A stretch of 64,000 bases of DNA. Source: the human T2T-CHM13v2.0 reference genome, Homo sapiens. The stretch is taken from assembly GCF_009914755.1 (NCBI RefSeq), contig NC_060947.1. The stretch is one strand, 5' to 3'. The position numbers and the translations under genes were made by a program. Below, piece by piece: positions 51,079-64,000 of the stretch. Numbering within the stretch: the first letter of the stretch is position 1; each line of letters begins with the position of its first letter. Under the pieces are notes generated by a model that saw nothing but the letters and a program-made list of their open reading frames with translations, was not told the DNA's origin and made no database searches.

Positions 51079-54000
51079 TGCTGAATTGGCAAGGCAGCTT
51101 ATAATACTTATTAATTTCAGTATAATAACTCAGATAGAAACAGGAAAAATGTTCATTTTGAAGACAAATGAACTATTTTTTGTGACATATATTGTCTTGA
51201 CATAGTATTATGACATTTACAGAGATCTTAAATAAAAATGAGTTCATGGATTAGGTTTATACCACTCTGGAAAATCTCCATCATGCCAAAGCCACCTGAA
51301 TTCTAAAGAAATAAAATGGTTTATCAAAGTGCCATGATACTGAAATAATGTTATTCAAAAAGTAAACTTGTACATAAACCAAAAAACAGAATAAACAAAG
51401 AACAGTCAGTCACTGAAAGGCATAGTGGACTATGAACAAAAATGATGTTCAAAAGAATCATTCCTCATACCTATTTATCATGGAAAAGACAAAATATAGA
51501 AAGGAGAAAATGAAATGTATTTGCAAGAAGCCAGACGGGTAAGGTGATTCAGCTTATATCTTTATCAGAAGTACAATAGCCTAACTATGCTCTGGCATAT
51601 GCACAGTAAAGTTATTATTTTATTTCAGAATGGTATGTAGCACTGACCATAAGAAGCTGCAACATAAATATAGGCTTTTTTATGAACTATAATTTAGGAA
51701 TATTATCTTTAGTTTGGATATGAAACATTATTTTTTTTCCTGCTAAAAAGAAAAGATTTAAGAAAAAAATAAAGTTGTTATTGTGAGTTTTTTTGTGCTC
51801 ACACTATTTGGAGGGGAAGTTATTTATAAAACATGAAAACATAAAGAGAAATATTTAAAATCAATAGTTTCTAGTATTCACTAATTATTTTGAATGTTCC
51901 ATATATGTCTTAGAAAACTGGGGCAATATTTATGAGATTGTGCTATACGAATATTTATTGTTCTAATAGTATAATACAAAATCTTAAGATGTTCAGTAAA
52001 TAAGATCTAAAAAATAAATAAATGAAATCTAAAAACAACAGGCTTTGCATGTATATTATGACTTTTTTTCCACAGAGGTTTTCTTTTTCTTTACCAATCA
52101 GTATAAGGAATTTTATTTATCTCAGATTATTACAGAAAGTATTAATAAGGCTTTCAGAGCTAGACACAAAAGTCAATGAATTCATTTTAATCAAAGTTAA
52201 ATAAAATGTCTTATGCTAATGTTAGTTTAATATTCTACATATTATAAAATAGTAATATTTTGTGACTCTGACTGCAGTAGATTTTTGAATAGATAACATC
52301 AGAGGAATTGTTTGACCTTTGCTTTGTTTTGCAAAATTATATTATGTAAGCGCTTGGATTAAATCAACACGATACTTTATGGATTATTAATTAGCTATCT
52401 TGAACTTTTACTTCTAATTTTTTTAGAGTAGAAACACTAGTTTATTTATTAGTATGGAATTATAAAGCAAAAAGAATGAAAAGAATTCTTCTTTGGGAGA
52501 ATTTCTATTTCTATATATTATTTAAAAGCCTCAAGCTATATGACTTTTTTTATGATCTTATTTCTTTTTTTACAAAATCTTTCTTCAAGTCTTCCAGAAG
52601 CCTCTTAAAGATAAATCAAAGGATAATCTAAAGTTAGTCAGTCAGTGCTTTTGACCTTCTGACTACTGAAACTGCAAATATAAAAAATTTTTTACAATGA
52701 TGCATTTAGATCAGGTAAAAAAAGGTAATGTGGTTGAATGTGTTTATTTTCCTTTGCAGTTGTGATATGGTTGAATGTTTTTCTTTATGCTCTCTTCTTT
52801 CACATCATATAGTTGAGAGGATTCAGAATTTTCAGGACTGAAGGTAGACACTACTGAGGACTGAAAACCTTCATTTCACTGAACAGAGAAAGGAGAAAAT
52901 ATCCAAGTTTAGTTCAGACATTTGTGACCTCACTGTAGATCCCATTTTTATGTTAAATTCAAATGTGATAAATCTAAAATCAAAGCAATATACTTTGTTC
53001 TGCTGTGGATTGACATAGGTTATGCTGGACCTGATTTGTAATAGATTTTAATATATGTCTTATATCAAGCTACTTTCTGCTAATAGTTAAGTGTCTATTG
53101 TTCTTTACCACTGCAACTAATAAACACTATTATTATAGGAAATATAGTCCTAATATAAGGCAAACTGACTTTCATGCTCATCATAAAAATTGTTTAATAT
53201 GAGCCGGCTATGTCCACAATCAACCCTTCTATTCTAGGGAAAAAAAAGAAAGATGATAAATTGGTGCACAGAAGCCTTTGTGACACTAAATGACTCAAAG
53301 TAATGAGATATTATAATTCAAGGCACAATAGTAGCCTGTTTCAAATTTTGTATTATACTATATTAAATTTTTAGTTATCTGCTGTTGGTTTGGATATTAT
53401 CTAAGATTCAGAGTTAGCAGTCATAAGAAAACACCCAAGCGTACAAATCTTAAAAAAAAAATTAGAACTGCAACAGTACAAGTTGATTTCCCAAGAATGC
53501 AAAGAGAATAATTTTGTACAGATGAAGCATACCTTTATGTGCTCTATTGAAAATTAGGCATAGTGTTATACATTCATGATACATCTTGTAGCTTCTCAAG
53601 TACAGAGTGGGTTAGAACCGAAGTGTAAATCATATGCTTGTTTTTGAATTGCTTTATCTAATCCTTTATACATATATTAGTCCTATTGTAAAATAGAGAT
53701 GTGATTTTCCTTTCACAAGTCTAACTAAATCTTCACATTATGCAAATACACATCTGTTCAAACAACAAAGCTAAAGAAACAATCTACATTTACTACAAAA
53801 CAACAAAGATTTCAAGGATATTGGAGTATAATTTTGTTCTTGCTTTATTTGTTTCAGCTGCATCGAGGTCTAATGGTGATGTACTGTTCTCCAAACAATA
53901 ACAAATTTTCTTTAGAATATACTGACCATAATATAAGCAACATACTTAAAGATAGTTACTTTAAGCAAACAATCCTTCAAGGCAAACTAAGTATATTTTA

Positions 54001-56756
54001 AATACTGCTAACCTATGTAAAAGGAAGAGTTAATGAAAGAAAAAGAGATTGAAGTTTCACCCCTAGCCTAGTGATTTTAACAGTTCTTACTCCCATCAAT
54101 AATGAGTTCAACGATTAATGCTGTTTATCAGTAGGACTATTTAAAATTAGGCCCTCAGAATATTCCACTGCAAGCTTGTTTTTGCCTTGGGTAGTGTTTA
54201 AACCCTTGCCTCCACGCCCTTCCTACTGTTATTAAAAATGTTAATTTTTAATTTGCATGTTTCATTTTTTTCACCTGAGTAATTTAGTTTAGTGGCAGGT
54301 ACCTTGATTAATAAAACAATCAACATATATTTTTGTGCTTATTATGACTAAGGCACTATGTTCAAAGAAGACAAGGTAAATCATTGTATCAGAGTCCAAA
54401 CTAAGAGAAAAAGGAAGATACATGGGGATTGAAATGCACCTGAAAAAGTAGTAAGAAGTGAACTTTGTAGTGAATGATCCTATTTCCTTGGAAAATGCTT
54501 GTATAATGAGGAAACATTGGGTTTTATTATCAAAAAGTAACTTCTTTATTATAGGATTACTTTTGTTCCTGGGAACAGTTAAGAAGGCAATGATATGGAT
54601 CTGATCAATTGTGTTCTCTATCATTCATTCAACAAGTATTTATCAGATGCAGCACTGCACTAAACCTTAATTTTATCTTTCAAACTTTAAGAAAATTTAG
54701 TCAATTTGCTATGAAATGTTGCTTAGCATACATAAATTGCGGATAAAGCTAGTCTAAAAAATGGATTCCCTGACAATGTGGCAAAAATTATTCTGCTTTT
54801 TGATTTTCCAAAATAAGTCAGAAATCTCAGTACATGCAGAATACTTCTACCAGATGGCCAAGAGAAGGTTTTAATAACAAAATTCTATTAAATATTCAAC
54901 ATCCAACTTTAAGAAGAACAAGAAAAACCCAGGCTTGTAAAATATTAGATGCTAATTGGGTATATTACAGAAGGGTGCTTCAACTTCACAAAATAATAAA
55001 GTGTAGAATTCACACAGACCATGCACTGAATGTGCATATTGTACCATTATCCTCCCTTTCAGTAGTAAAACTTCTATGTTAAGCAAGACACACCAGTATC
55101 TAACTTTTAATTTAGATGAAACCCAGACTAACTTCCTACGCTATGGAAGAAATATTGTTTAAGCGTTTCTGATAGTGTTAATTAACTTTAACGCTTAGTG
55201 CAAGAGAGCATGTTCTGTTTTAGTTTGATTTTGGTTTGTTTCAATTTCTTCATTCTAGTGAGCATCACATATATGTGTTACATAATTTGTCAGCTTTAAG
55301 GTAGAACAAAAAGATTGAGTCCTTTGAGAAACACCACTTAAATATATTTGCATCATTTTTGCTAATGGTATTTCCATGGACAGCAGCATCCTCTTCATTT
55401 CAAAACACAACATTTCTATTTTATACACACAACAGTCCAATAAAAAGTATTCTAGTAGAGACATAGAAACACAAAAATTTGATGAGAATGTTGTTTCACC
55501 TGCTCATGAGTTAGAAATTACTACACCTACACCTACAGCTCTGATGCTTATGAGCCATGTGTGTCTGTGAGATTAAAACAGTCTTCTCTGATGACTAATT
55601 GCAAAAGTGACAGTAGCCAAGGTTGTCCAGTGTTTTGTTTGTTTGTTTCTTTTTTGTTTTTTGTTTTTTTTTTAATCCACTATTGGAACCACTAGGGGTC
55701 ATGTCTGTCCCTTAATGTAAAGATCAACAATTGACCTTAGAGGCCAAGTAAATACAAATTTAATTTCAGTGAGACAGAAATTTCTATATTGTAATAGATT
55801 TATTTAGTCTAATTTATGTTAGATGCTTCCTGCTTCAAATGTTAGGCCAGGCATATTTCTATGCACAAAAAAAATGGGATAGATGAAAAAATAGTTTTCA
55901 TCTTAACAGATTTCTTAGTAGTAGTTGCTCAGAAAAGACACACATTTTATCTAATATGGAAAGTACTTATTCAGCAGAATATTGCATTTTCTTTATTGTA
56001 CCTAGACAAAATACGTGTATATTTTATAAGTACGGAAGACTAACTCTATTTGTTTTTCACTTTAGAGTGTTTGATTTGGAAAGAATAAGAACTATAAGTC
56101 ATTTAACATTGTTTTAATTTTTTTGGAAATAAAACTAGCAAGATGAAGGTTGGTGCACATCCAAAATACAACAGTAGCAACCAAAAACAAAAGAACAACA
56201 TTTAATCAAAATTTTACCAACCATTTGTTTGATATTTGTTGTTTCCTAATAATTTATACTGAGTACATTTTTCCTAATAATTCTTATCGAAATTATTTTA
56301 TCATATTGTTTATTTCCTCTTTTTATAGGTGTGAATATTTTTAAGTAGTGTTCCTAATTCTTTGTACTTCAGATGCTCACAGATCCTTGGACCAAAAACA
56401 AAGAGGCCTCAAAAATAATGGCCTGGGGATGTGAGGCTGAAAGGGGGTAGAGTAAGAGAAATAGTGGGCTAAACTGCAGAAGTTGCTTTTTATATTAATC
56501 AATATATATATTGACTTGTACTTACAATTTGGGACTCTTTGACCTGTTTGCTATGAAATGTTTGTACATAATCTCTGATTGTCACTTTTGTACAAATGAC
56601 TTGTAAAATCTTTGGAGTAAGTGATATAATTTATGGTGGCTGTTCAACCTCATTCCAGATTCTATGTTCTTTCATTTTACCTCAAGCTAACTGGCCAATA
56701 TAAGTTAGAATTCATAATTTTGGCCTTATTAGTACCACCTTCCTAATATGTTAGAC

Positions 56757-56920
56757 CCGTGATACTCAACTGTGGTCCAAAATTTGTAGTTATCAGCATC
56801 ACCTCGGAGCTTGTTAGACATGCAAATTTTTGTACCCCACTCCAGATTTGCTGAATTAGAAACTTTATTTTAACAAGTTTGGCAGGTTATTTGTAAGCAC
56901 ATTAGAGTTTGACAAATGCT
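56757..56920. mobile_element. MER5A-like hAT-Charlie MITE
   Basis: cagcatcacctcggagcttgttagacatgcaaat...ttttaacaag...agtttgacaaatgct. Confidence 0.75.
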
Positions 56921-57579
56921 TTTTTTTTTCCCATTTGCAACCATGATCATAATACTTTATTCAAGAGAGTGCTGTTTTATACAACTTGACTGGAAAAATC
57001 CATCCCTACTTGTTAAAAGTTTGTAAATATAATGCTGAGAACTCCTTTTCATGACCTTTTTAATTTACATATCTTTTACTTGGTGTTTAAAATAAAGTTG
57101 TGAAAGTATTATATATAATTCTAATATGATATTTCCATTTTAAAATTAGTTTAAAACACATCTCCACTATTTTGATTTCTATTATGTATTTTGTTTTTTA
57201 TTATTAAAGCTATAAAGTAGAGAAAATGCACACTTCATTGCTTATCGAAGGTTATTTTATGTCCAGCATCTCATGAGGTCTAAGGGCACACTTAATGATT
57301 ATATAGAATGAATAGTACGGAACTTCAACTACAATTTGCCTTGAGGGTTATTTTCATCTGTAAATCTATCTGTAATACTAATGGCAGTAGAATTATTTGT
57401 CTGTGCCATAAAATCAACCTAACAAACTCACAGACATATTAATTAATGCCATCTATATTAATGCTCATGGACTCCCCAGAAATTACACTTTTTTGGGAAA
57501 AACGTAAAAGGTCAAACTCCATTGTAATCACCACTGTATTTCAACTTTCGTTTTTGCTTCCCCAAACTTGATCTATTAT

Positions 57580-58690
57580 TAACTTGCTAATCACCAGCTG
57601 TTACTTTTTTGTTACTTACAGTCTATTTCTAATTAAATAACACTATTAGTCTTTTTGTCAACCTAGAAAACTTTCTCCACTTCATATTTCTGACTATAAA
57701 ATGGCATTTTAACTTTCCTATTTAAGGTGTTTTAAAGTATATCTCTTTATATAATTTTCTTAGTGGTTGCTCTAGGTATTACCACATATATACATGCTTT
57801 ATCACAGTCTACTGGATTTGATGTCTTAACATTTCAAGTAAAGCGAAGAAACTTTACTTCCACTTAGATCTTTATAACTTCACTTTTTAAATATAATTGT
57901 CTTAAGTATTTCCTCTGTATACGTTGAGTACCACATAAGATGGTATGATCATTTTTGATTCAATCATGAAGAATAATAAAAGAGATTAATCAGGTGAAGT
58001 ATAATCTCTTATGTTTACCTGTAGTTTTTACCCAGTCCATTGTTCATTCTTTTCTGAAAGATCAAATCTTCATCTATTATCATTATTTTTCTATTTAAAA
58101 TTCTTTTAATCATTCTTCAAGGGTAGGTCTGATAGCAACAAATTGTTAGTTTTTCTTCAATTGAGGATGTCTTTATTTTCTCTTAATTCTTTAAGGGTAC
58201 TTTTCACAGGATATATCGTTCACTGTTGACAGTTTTTTATTTCAGTGCTAAAAAAATTTGTTCTACTTCCTTGTTAACTATGATTTCAGATTTAAAAATT
58301 CCTTGTTATTCAAATTGTTTTCCCATTTAGGTATGCATTATTTCTCTCTGGATGCTTTCAAATATTTATTATTATTTTATTTTTAAAATTATTGTTAAAA
58401 ATTAGATGAAATTAATGGAACATAAAATTAACTATTTTAAAGTGAACAATTCAGTGGCACTTAATACATTCATAATGTTGTGAAACTACCACCTCCATTT
58501 AATTCCAAAATATTTTCATCACATTAAAAAGAAACTTCATGCCCATAAGCAGCTACTCCCCGTTTTTTTCCTTCACCATAGCCCTTGGCAAACATAAATC
58601 TGCTTTGTGTTTGTATGGATTTACCTATTCTTGATATTTCATGTAAATAGAATGATAATATATGTGAGCTATTCTGTCTTATTTTATACA
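57580..58690 (-). mobile_element. Old L1M fragments (ORF1 region to about 58375, then an L1MB-type 3' end)
   Basis: tcttagtggttgctctaggtattac..., then ttttaaagtgaacaattcagtggca...ctattcttgatatttcat. Confidence 0.65.
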
Positions 58691-59730
58691 TTGTTGGGAG
58701 ACAATCTTCTATGCTGACAGGATTGTTATTTCCACAACTGCATACACCTATAACCTGGCTATGATTCCATGATTATTGAAATAAGACACACTTGACAGAA
58801 TTTAGTCAAGGACAGTGCATTTCATCTCCAGGTGCTTAACTAGTTGACATTCCAAACCCATTGAATCCTCCTATTTGATCTCCTCCCTAAACTACAGCAT
58901 TCCAAATTCCATCTACTGTATCATCTTGGCCTTCTGCTGGTGTGAATGAAAATACTCTGTAACAGCAAAATAATACTCCAGTAGATAAATGTAAAACAAA
59001 AATGCTACTGGCTAGAAGAAATATAATTTTGTATTCTCATTCAAATTAACAAAAGCTACTCTGCTTTTCTTGTTTTATTCACGCTACATGAAACAGACTA
59101 GTGTGTTCTTAGTAGTACTTTTAGCATTTGACTTCCCAGTCATGATTAAAAGTGGTAATACTTGGGTACTTGTGCCCTTCTGTAAGCATTGCAGTTCACG
59201 TCAAATTCTGCATAGGTTTTTATATTATGCAAGTGGATATTTATGCCATGATTCTACATCAGTTTCTAGAAAAATCACTTTGAATATTTAATATGCAAAT
59301 TATTGACAGAGAAGTTGTTATATAAAATTTATATTTTGTAAATTAAGAAAATGTACAATTTGGTCTAATAATGTTAAGAAAAAGACAATTTATTTCAATA
59401 ATGATTATATATAAAATATACCCATTCTTTTCACCTTTATTAACAAACTAGAATATAAAGAAAAGAAATATTTAAAATTAATTAAAAAGTTCATTAGCAT
59501 CATCCCAATTTTTTTGCCAGTCACTTTTATGTTATAAAATCTGAATTTTAATTAAAGTAGTATTAGAGAATGCTCCAGGTTATGAAAATTGAAACAAATG
59601 GATTTTGTTATAAGAATAAGACAAATGCCCATTAAAGAAGATATGATGCACCCTAATGGCAAATGTCAATTTCCAGGGTCTTTTAAGTGACCATAAAATC
59701 AGTACCCATTTGACTTGAATTACTTGTAAC

Positions 59731-60029
59731 TTTTTTGTTTTTGTTTTTGAGGCAGTGTCTCACTCTGTTGCCCAGGCTGGAGTGCAGTGGCATGATCTCG
59801 GCTCACTGCAACCTCCTTCTCCCAGGCTGAAGCATCCTCCCACCTCAGCCTCTCACGTAGCTGGGACTACAGACATGAGCCACCATGCCCGGCCAATTAT
59901 TGTGTTTTTTGTAGAGACGGGGTTTCACCATGTTGCCCAGGCTGGTCATGAACTCCTGAGCTCAAGTTATTCACCTGCCTCGGCCTCCCAAAGTGCTGGG
60001 ATTACAGGCGTGAGCCACCACACCCAGCC
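59731..60029 (-). mobile_element. Alu (AluJ-like)
   Basis: Full dimer; TSD tacttgtaa (59721-59729, 60030-60038). Confidence 0.93.
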
Positions 60030-61499
60030 TACTTGTAAGTTCTATATGCATAGTACAGTCAGAGTTTAATATTACAGTCAGTACTGTGAGGGATTGTGTG
60101 ACTCTAAAGTGCCTTGTGAATCACGTTTAATTCATATTTGGTTTAGTATTAATCTTAAGCTTTCTAATCTTATTGATTATATACTTTTCTGGGAAAATAG
60201 TAGAATTGTGTAGGTGCCCAGAATCTCCTCTCTGAGTCTCATTTAAAAAACTGATGTGAAAAAATTTTATGTATTCTCACTGGGTTGAAAAAATTAGAAA
60301 CTTATTTTTGATTCTGCCAAAAATTGATATAATCTTTTCTTCTGAAACATTGGATTAACTTTTTCCCCTCTGGATACTGTAGTCATTTCTTACAACTCCT
60401 GAAGTAATTCAGGTTTATACCCTGGACTACTTTATTGTCTATGATAATAGCACTTCAGTGACCAACAAAAAGCTATACTGTGAAGCTTGCATTGCCTCAG
60501 AATTTTTCAGACAGTATGGATAAACCCCTAATTACCACTCCTTTTTTACATAGAAAATGAGATTCTACTTATAAAGTATGTTTCCAATGGACCATATCCA
60601 AATGCACCTTTAAATTGCTTAGTGAATTTGAATACAGGCTCACGCCTACAGGAAATAACTAGCATTTGTTGAATTATTGCTATGCACCAATCTATATATG
60701 CTACAGGAAACCTGCCTTGATAGGAATAAATAGCGTGCTTGAAATTAGAGAAAATTGAATCAGTGATGCAAAGGATAAACTTTATAAGCAATAAAAGAAT
60801 ACATAGAAAATGAACAAAGGAGAAAAATGAAGAATAGATAAAGCATATAGAAGGTTGGTTATAGAGGTCCAACTGCCAGTTAATAGGTATTACTGGAGAA
60901 GAGAGAAAAATAGATAAAACCAAATAATTAGAACATAAAACTGTTATTGCCTATTTTCATACATAAGGTAAACAAAATTAATGAACAATAATCTATATTT
61001 TTAAGGTGTGTTTCCAGCATAATGTTGAAGAATAGTTCAGTAATGGACACAAAGTGTAGTAGAAACAAAGGAGAAACTAAGTGTGTGGAAAAGGGTAGAT
61101 AGTAGGAAGGTAGTAGCATGGTTACAGTGGACTATGTGGACAGCGATTTTAAGGATGAAATCAGAGACCAAGTGTGTAGATGGAGATAAAGAATGTATAT
61201 TGAGTTCAGCGTGGCTAAATATGGAGTCTAAGTGTGCATATAAGGAAGCACACAGCATGGAAAAATTACTATTTTAGGAATAAGGGAGTCCCAGATTTAA
61301 AATAATAAATAGCATACTTCACCTTCATTGGCTACCAATGAAACCTTAGAAGTTTACTTGACTTCTCTAGACTTCAGCCTAGACCTCTGATTATATATCT
61401 ATAAAATGTAGAAAATAATGGGGTAGCAGCAATTTTGAAGATCAAAGTCAGCATTACAGGTGTGAGCACCTGGTTCTGCATGCAGCAGAGAGGACTTTT

Positions 61500-64000
61500 A
61501 CCCAGGATCATGTTTGTCTGTTTTAACTTGTCTGGTGATTCCTTAAAGAATTGATGCAAGGCATCTGCCTTTGTTTCACCTAACTTGAAACTCTCTTTAG
61601 GCAGAAAAGTAGCTAAGAAGAGGACATTCCCTGAATGTGTTGAAAAGCACATGAACAATCAGCTGCCACTTTCGGCAAAAGACTACAGTAGTAGCAAATA
61701 ACAGATATAATGAAAACCTAGTAGAAATACTTGGGGCAATAGTTGCTTTGAAGAATAAGGGCTTTGAAAAGTTCTTATGTGTAAGGGAACCTAGAAAGCC
61801 AATACAATGCCCAGGGAAGGAAGAATTGTCAGAGAAGAGCTGGGATGACTCTAAGCTTTCATTAATGGCTGATTTAGGCTCATCGCAAGCAAGAAGTGAA
61901 GGCTAATGAAGAGTTGTTTAAAAATATGGCTAAGCCTTGAAGGAGTGCTAAAAAAAAAAGAGGCATTCTGTGAAGGTCAGAAATTATTTCTTGTTTTTTG
62001 CTCCTCCTTTTTGTCTTTTTCCTTTTCTTCCTCCTTCCCTTTCTCCTTCTCTTCCTCGTTCTCCTCCTCCTTCTCCTTTATCTCTTTATTTAAGTAAATC
62101 TATTTTAAACCACTACCCAACCACAAGCTGAAGGGAAAAAGACTTCAAATATCAAACACAATAAGAATGCAGTATTTAAAATATAGTTTTAAAAGTTATT
62201 AAAGAAAGAACTACAAGTGACACCGAGCGACAACAAACACTAAGGAGGGGGAAGTTTCAAATTTCCAGAGGTAACAAATTATTCAAGTCTCTAGTTCCCA
62301 ATAAAGTTATGAGATATGCAAAGAAACAAGATATTATACATTCTTTCGTAAACAACATTAAGGTTTGCTACAGTAGACCTGCTGTACCAGAAATACTAAG
62401 GGGAGTCTTTCCAGCTGAAATGAAAGGACACTAGACAGTAACTCAAAGCCATATGAAGAAATAAAGAATACTGGTAAACATAAAACAAGGATTATTGTAC
62501 TTTTTGCTTGTAGTTCTTCCTTATTTCTTATGTGATTTGAAAAATAAATTCGTACAACTATAAATATACATAGATGCTAATGGTAATGTACAAAGATGTA
62601 ATTTCTGACAATAACAATTTTAAGGTACAAGATACGTAGGAATATAATTTTGTGTACTATTAAAGCTAAGTTGGTATTAATTTAATAATTTGTTATAAGT
62701 TTAAGATGTTAATTATAATCTTAATGTATCAACTAGGAAAACAGCTAAAAATATAGACAAAATGAGAAGAGATTTAAAACATTACACTAAAACAATCAAT
62801 TAAACACAAAAGGAGAGAAATGGAAAACTTGAGGAACAAAAGTGATGTGTGATGTAGAGAAAATGAGTAACAAAATGGCAAAATGGCAGAAGAATGTCTT
62901 TCTTTATCAGTAATTACTTTAAATATAACTGGATTAAATAAAAAATGAAATGTATTAATTAGCAGACTGAAATAAATAAACTTTAGATCCAAAGACACAA
63001 ATAGCTTGAAAATGAAAGGATAGAAGAAGATATTCTATGCGCATAGTGACCAAAAAGGAGCTGGGGTATTTATACTAATACAAGACACAATTGACTTTAA
63101 GTGAAAGAAAAAGGTTATGAGGGACAAAAATGTACATTGCATATCAAGGGTCACGTCACCAATAATGTAAATATTTGTAAGCATATACACACCAAGCAAC
63201 AGAGTCCCCAAATATATGAAACAAATATTGATAGAATTGACAGGAGAAAATAAAGGACTTGAACAACACTATAAATCAAGTAGACCTAATAGACATATGG
63301 AGAACACACTAACACAAATGAGCAGAATACACATTCTTCTTAAGTGCCTATGGAACATTCTGAAGAATAGACCATATGTTACGTCAAAAAACAAGTCTTA
63401 ATAAATTTTAAGAGATTAAAATCATACCAATTATTTTCTTTAGCCACAAAGAAATCAGTCTATTAATCAATAACAAAAAAAAGGTAAAATCACAAAAAAT
63501 GAAAATTAAACAATACATTCTTAAACAACCAAAGGATCAAAGAAGTGATCACATAGGAAATTTAAAAATACATAGAGAAAAAAAGAAAAGCACAACATAC
63601 CAAAACTTATAGGAAATAACAAAAGCAGTTCTCAGAAAGAAATGTATTGTTACGAACATCCACATTAAAAGAGAAAAAAATCCGAATTAATAACTCTATA
63701 CCTGAGGCACTAGAAAAATAAGAGTAGACTAAATCCAAGACTAACAGCAGGAAGGAAGTAACAATTAGCATGAAGATCAACAAAATAAAGAAATAATAAA
63801 CAATAGAGTTTTATTTGATTAAATAAAAGGTGGTACTTTGAAAATATTAACCAAACTGACAAAAATTTAGCTAAAAGTAATGCGTTAAAAAAGAGAAGAC
63901 ATAAATAACTAGAATAAAGAAAAAAAGTGGGGCATTACTACTAACCTTATTGAAGTAACCTTATTGAAATAAAAACTGCAACTGTACACCAACAATTTAG
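61500..64000 (+). mobile_element. Old L1M (L1MB/MC-like) 5' region to ORF2 N-terminus, continues past window
   Basis: ORF1 end (agctgaaatgaaaggacactagacagtaactc) and endonuclease-region remnant (tcagtaattactttaaat, MKQILIEL). Left boundary approximate. Confidence 0.75.
61988..62090. repeat. Pyrimidine-rich low-complexity tract
   Basis: About 100 bp of (TTCTCC)-like sequence. Confidence 0.85.

Noticed and set aside
54289-55570. 60-111 aa ORFs in unique AT-rich sequence
   Set aside because: Composition is typical of random AT-rich frames, with no domain or coherent exon structure.

Overview
This is an AT-rich, transposon-dense primate genomic window, most likely human or great ape (Alu, L1PA3-like, LTR12C, THE1, HERV-L). 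I cannot support any protein-coding or structural RNA gene: the ORF track is explained by degenerate L1/ERV frames, GC-rich LTRs, Alus or chance. It holds a nested ERV1 provirus remnant (1-6253), two TSD-flanked full-length old L1s on the minus strand (10.9-18.6 kb and 37.2-50.4 kb), a 3'-truncated HERV-L provirus, a MER52-type solo LTR and several MaLR LTRs. The most unusual signals are rearrangement scars. These are a 235-bp HERV-L protease segment inside the microsatellite of a solo MLT2A LTR, a template-switch junction with an exact 19-bp inverted copy beside a back-to-back THE1 fusion, an L1 5'UTR fused to non-L1 sequence, and a young 74-bp triplication next to an L1PA3-like insertion. 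Repeat names come from recalled consensus sequences and need RepeatMasker/Dfam confirmation.
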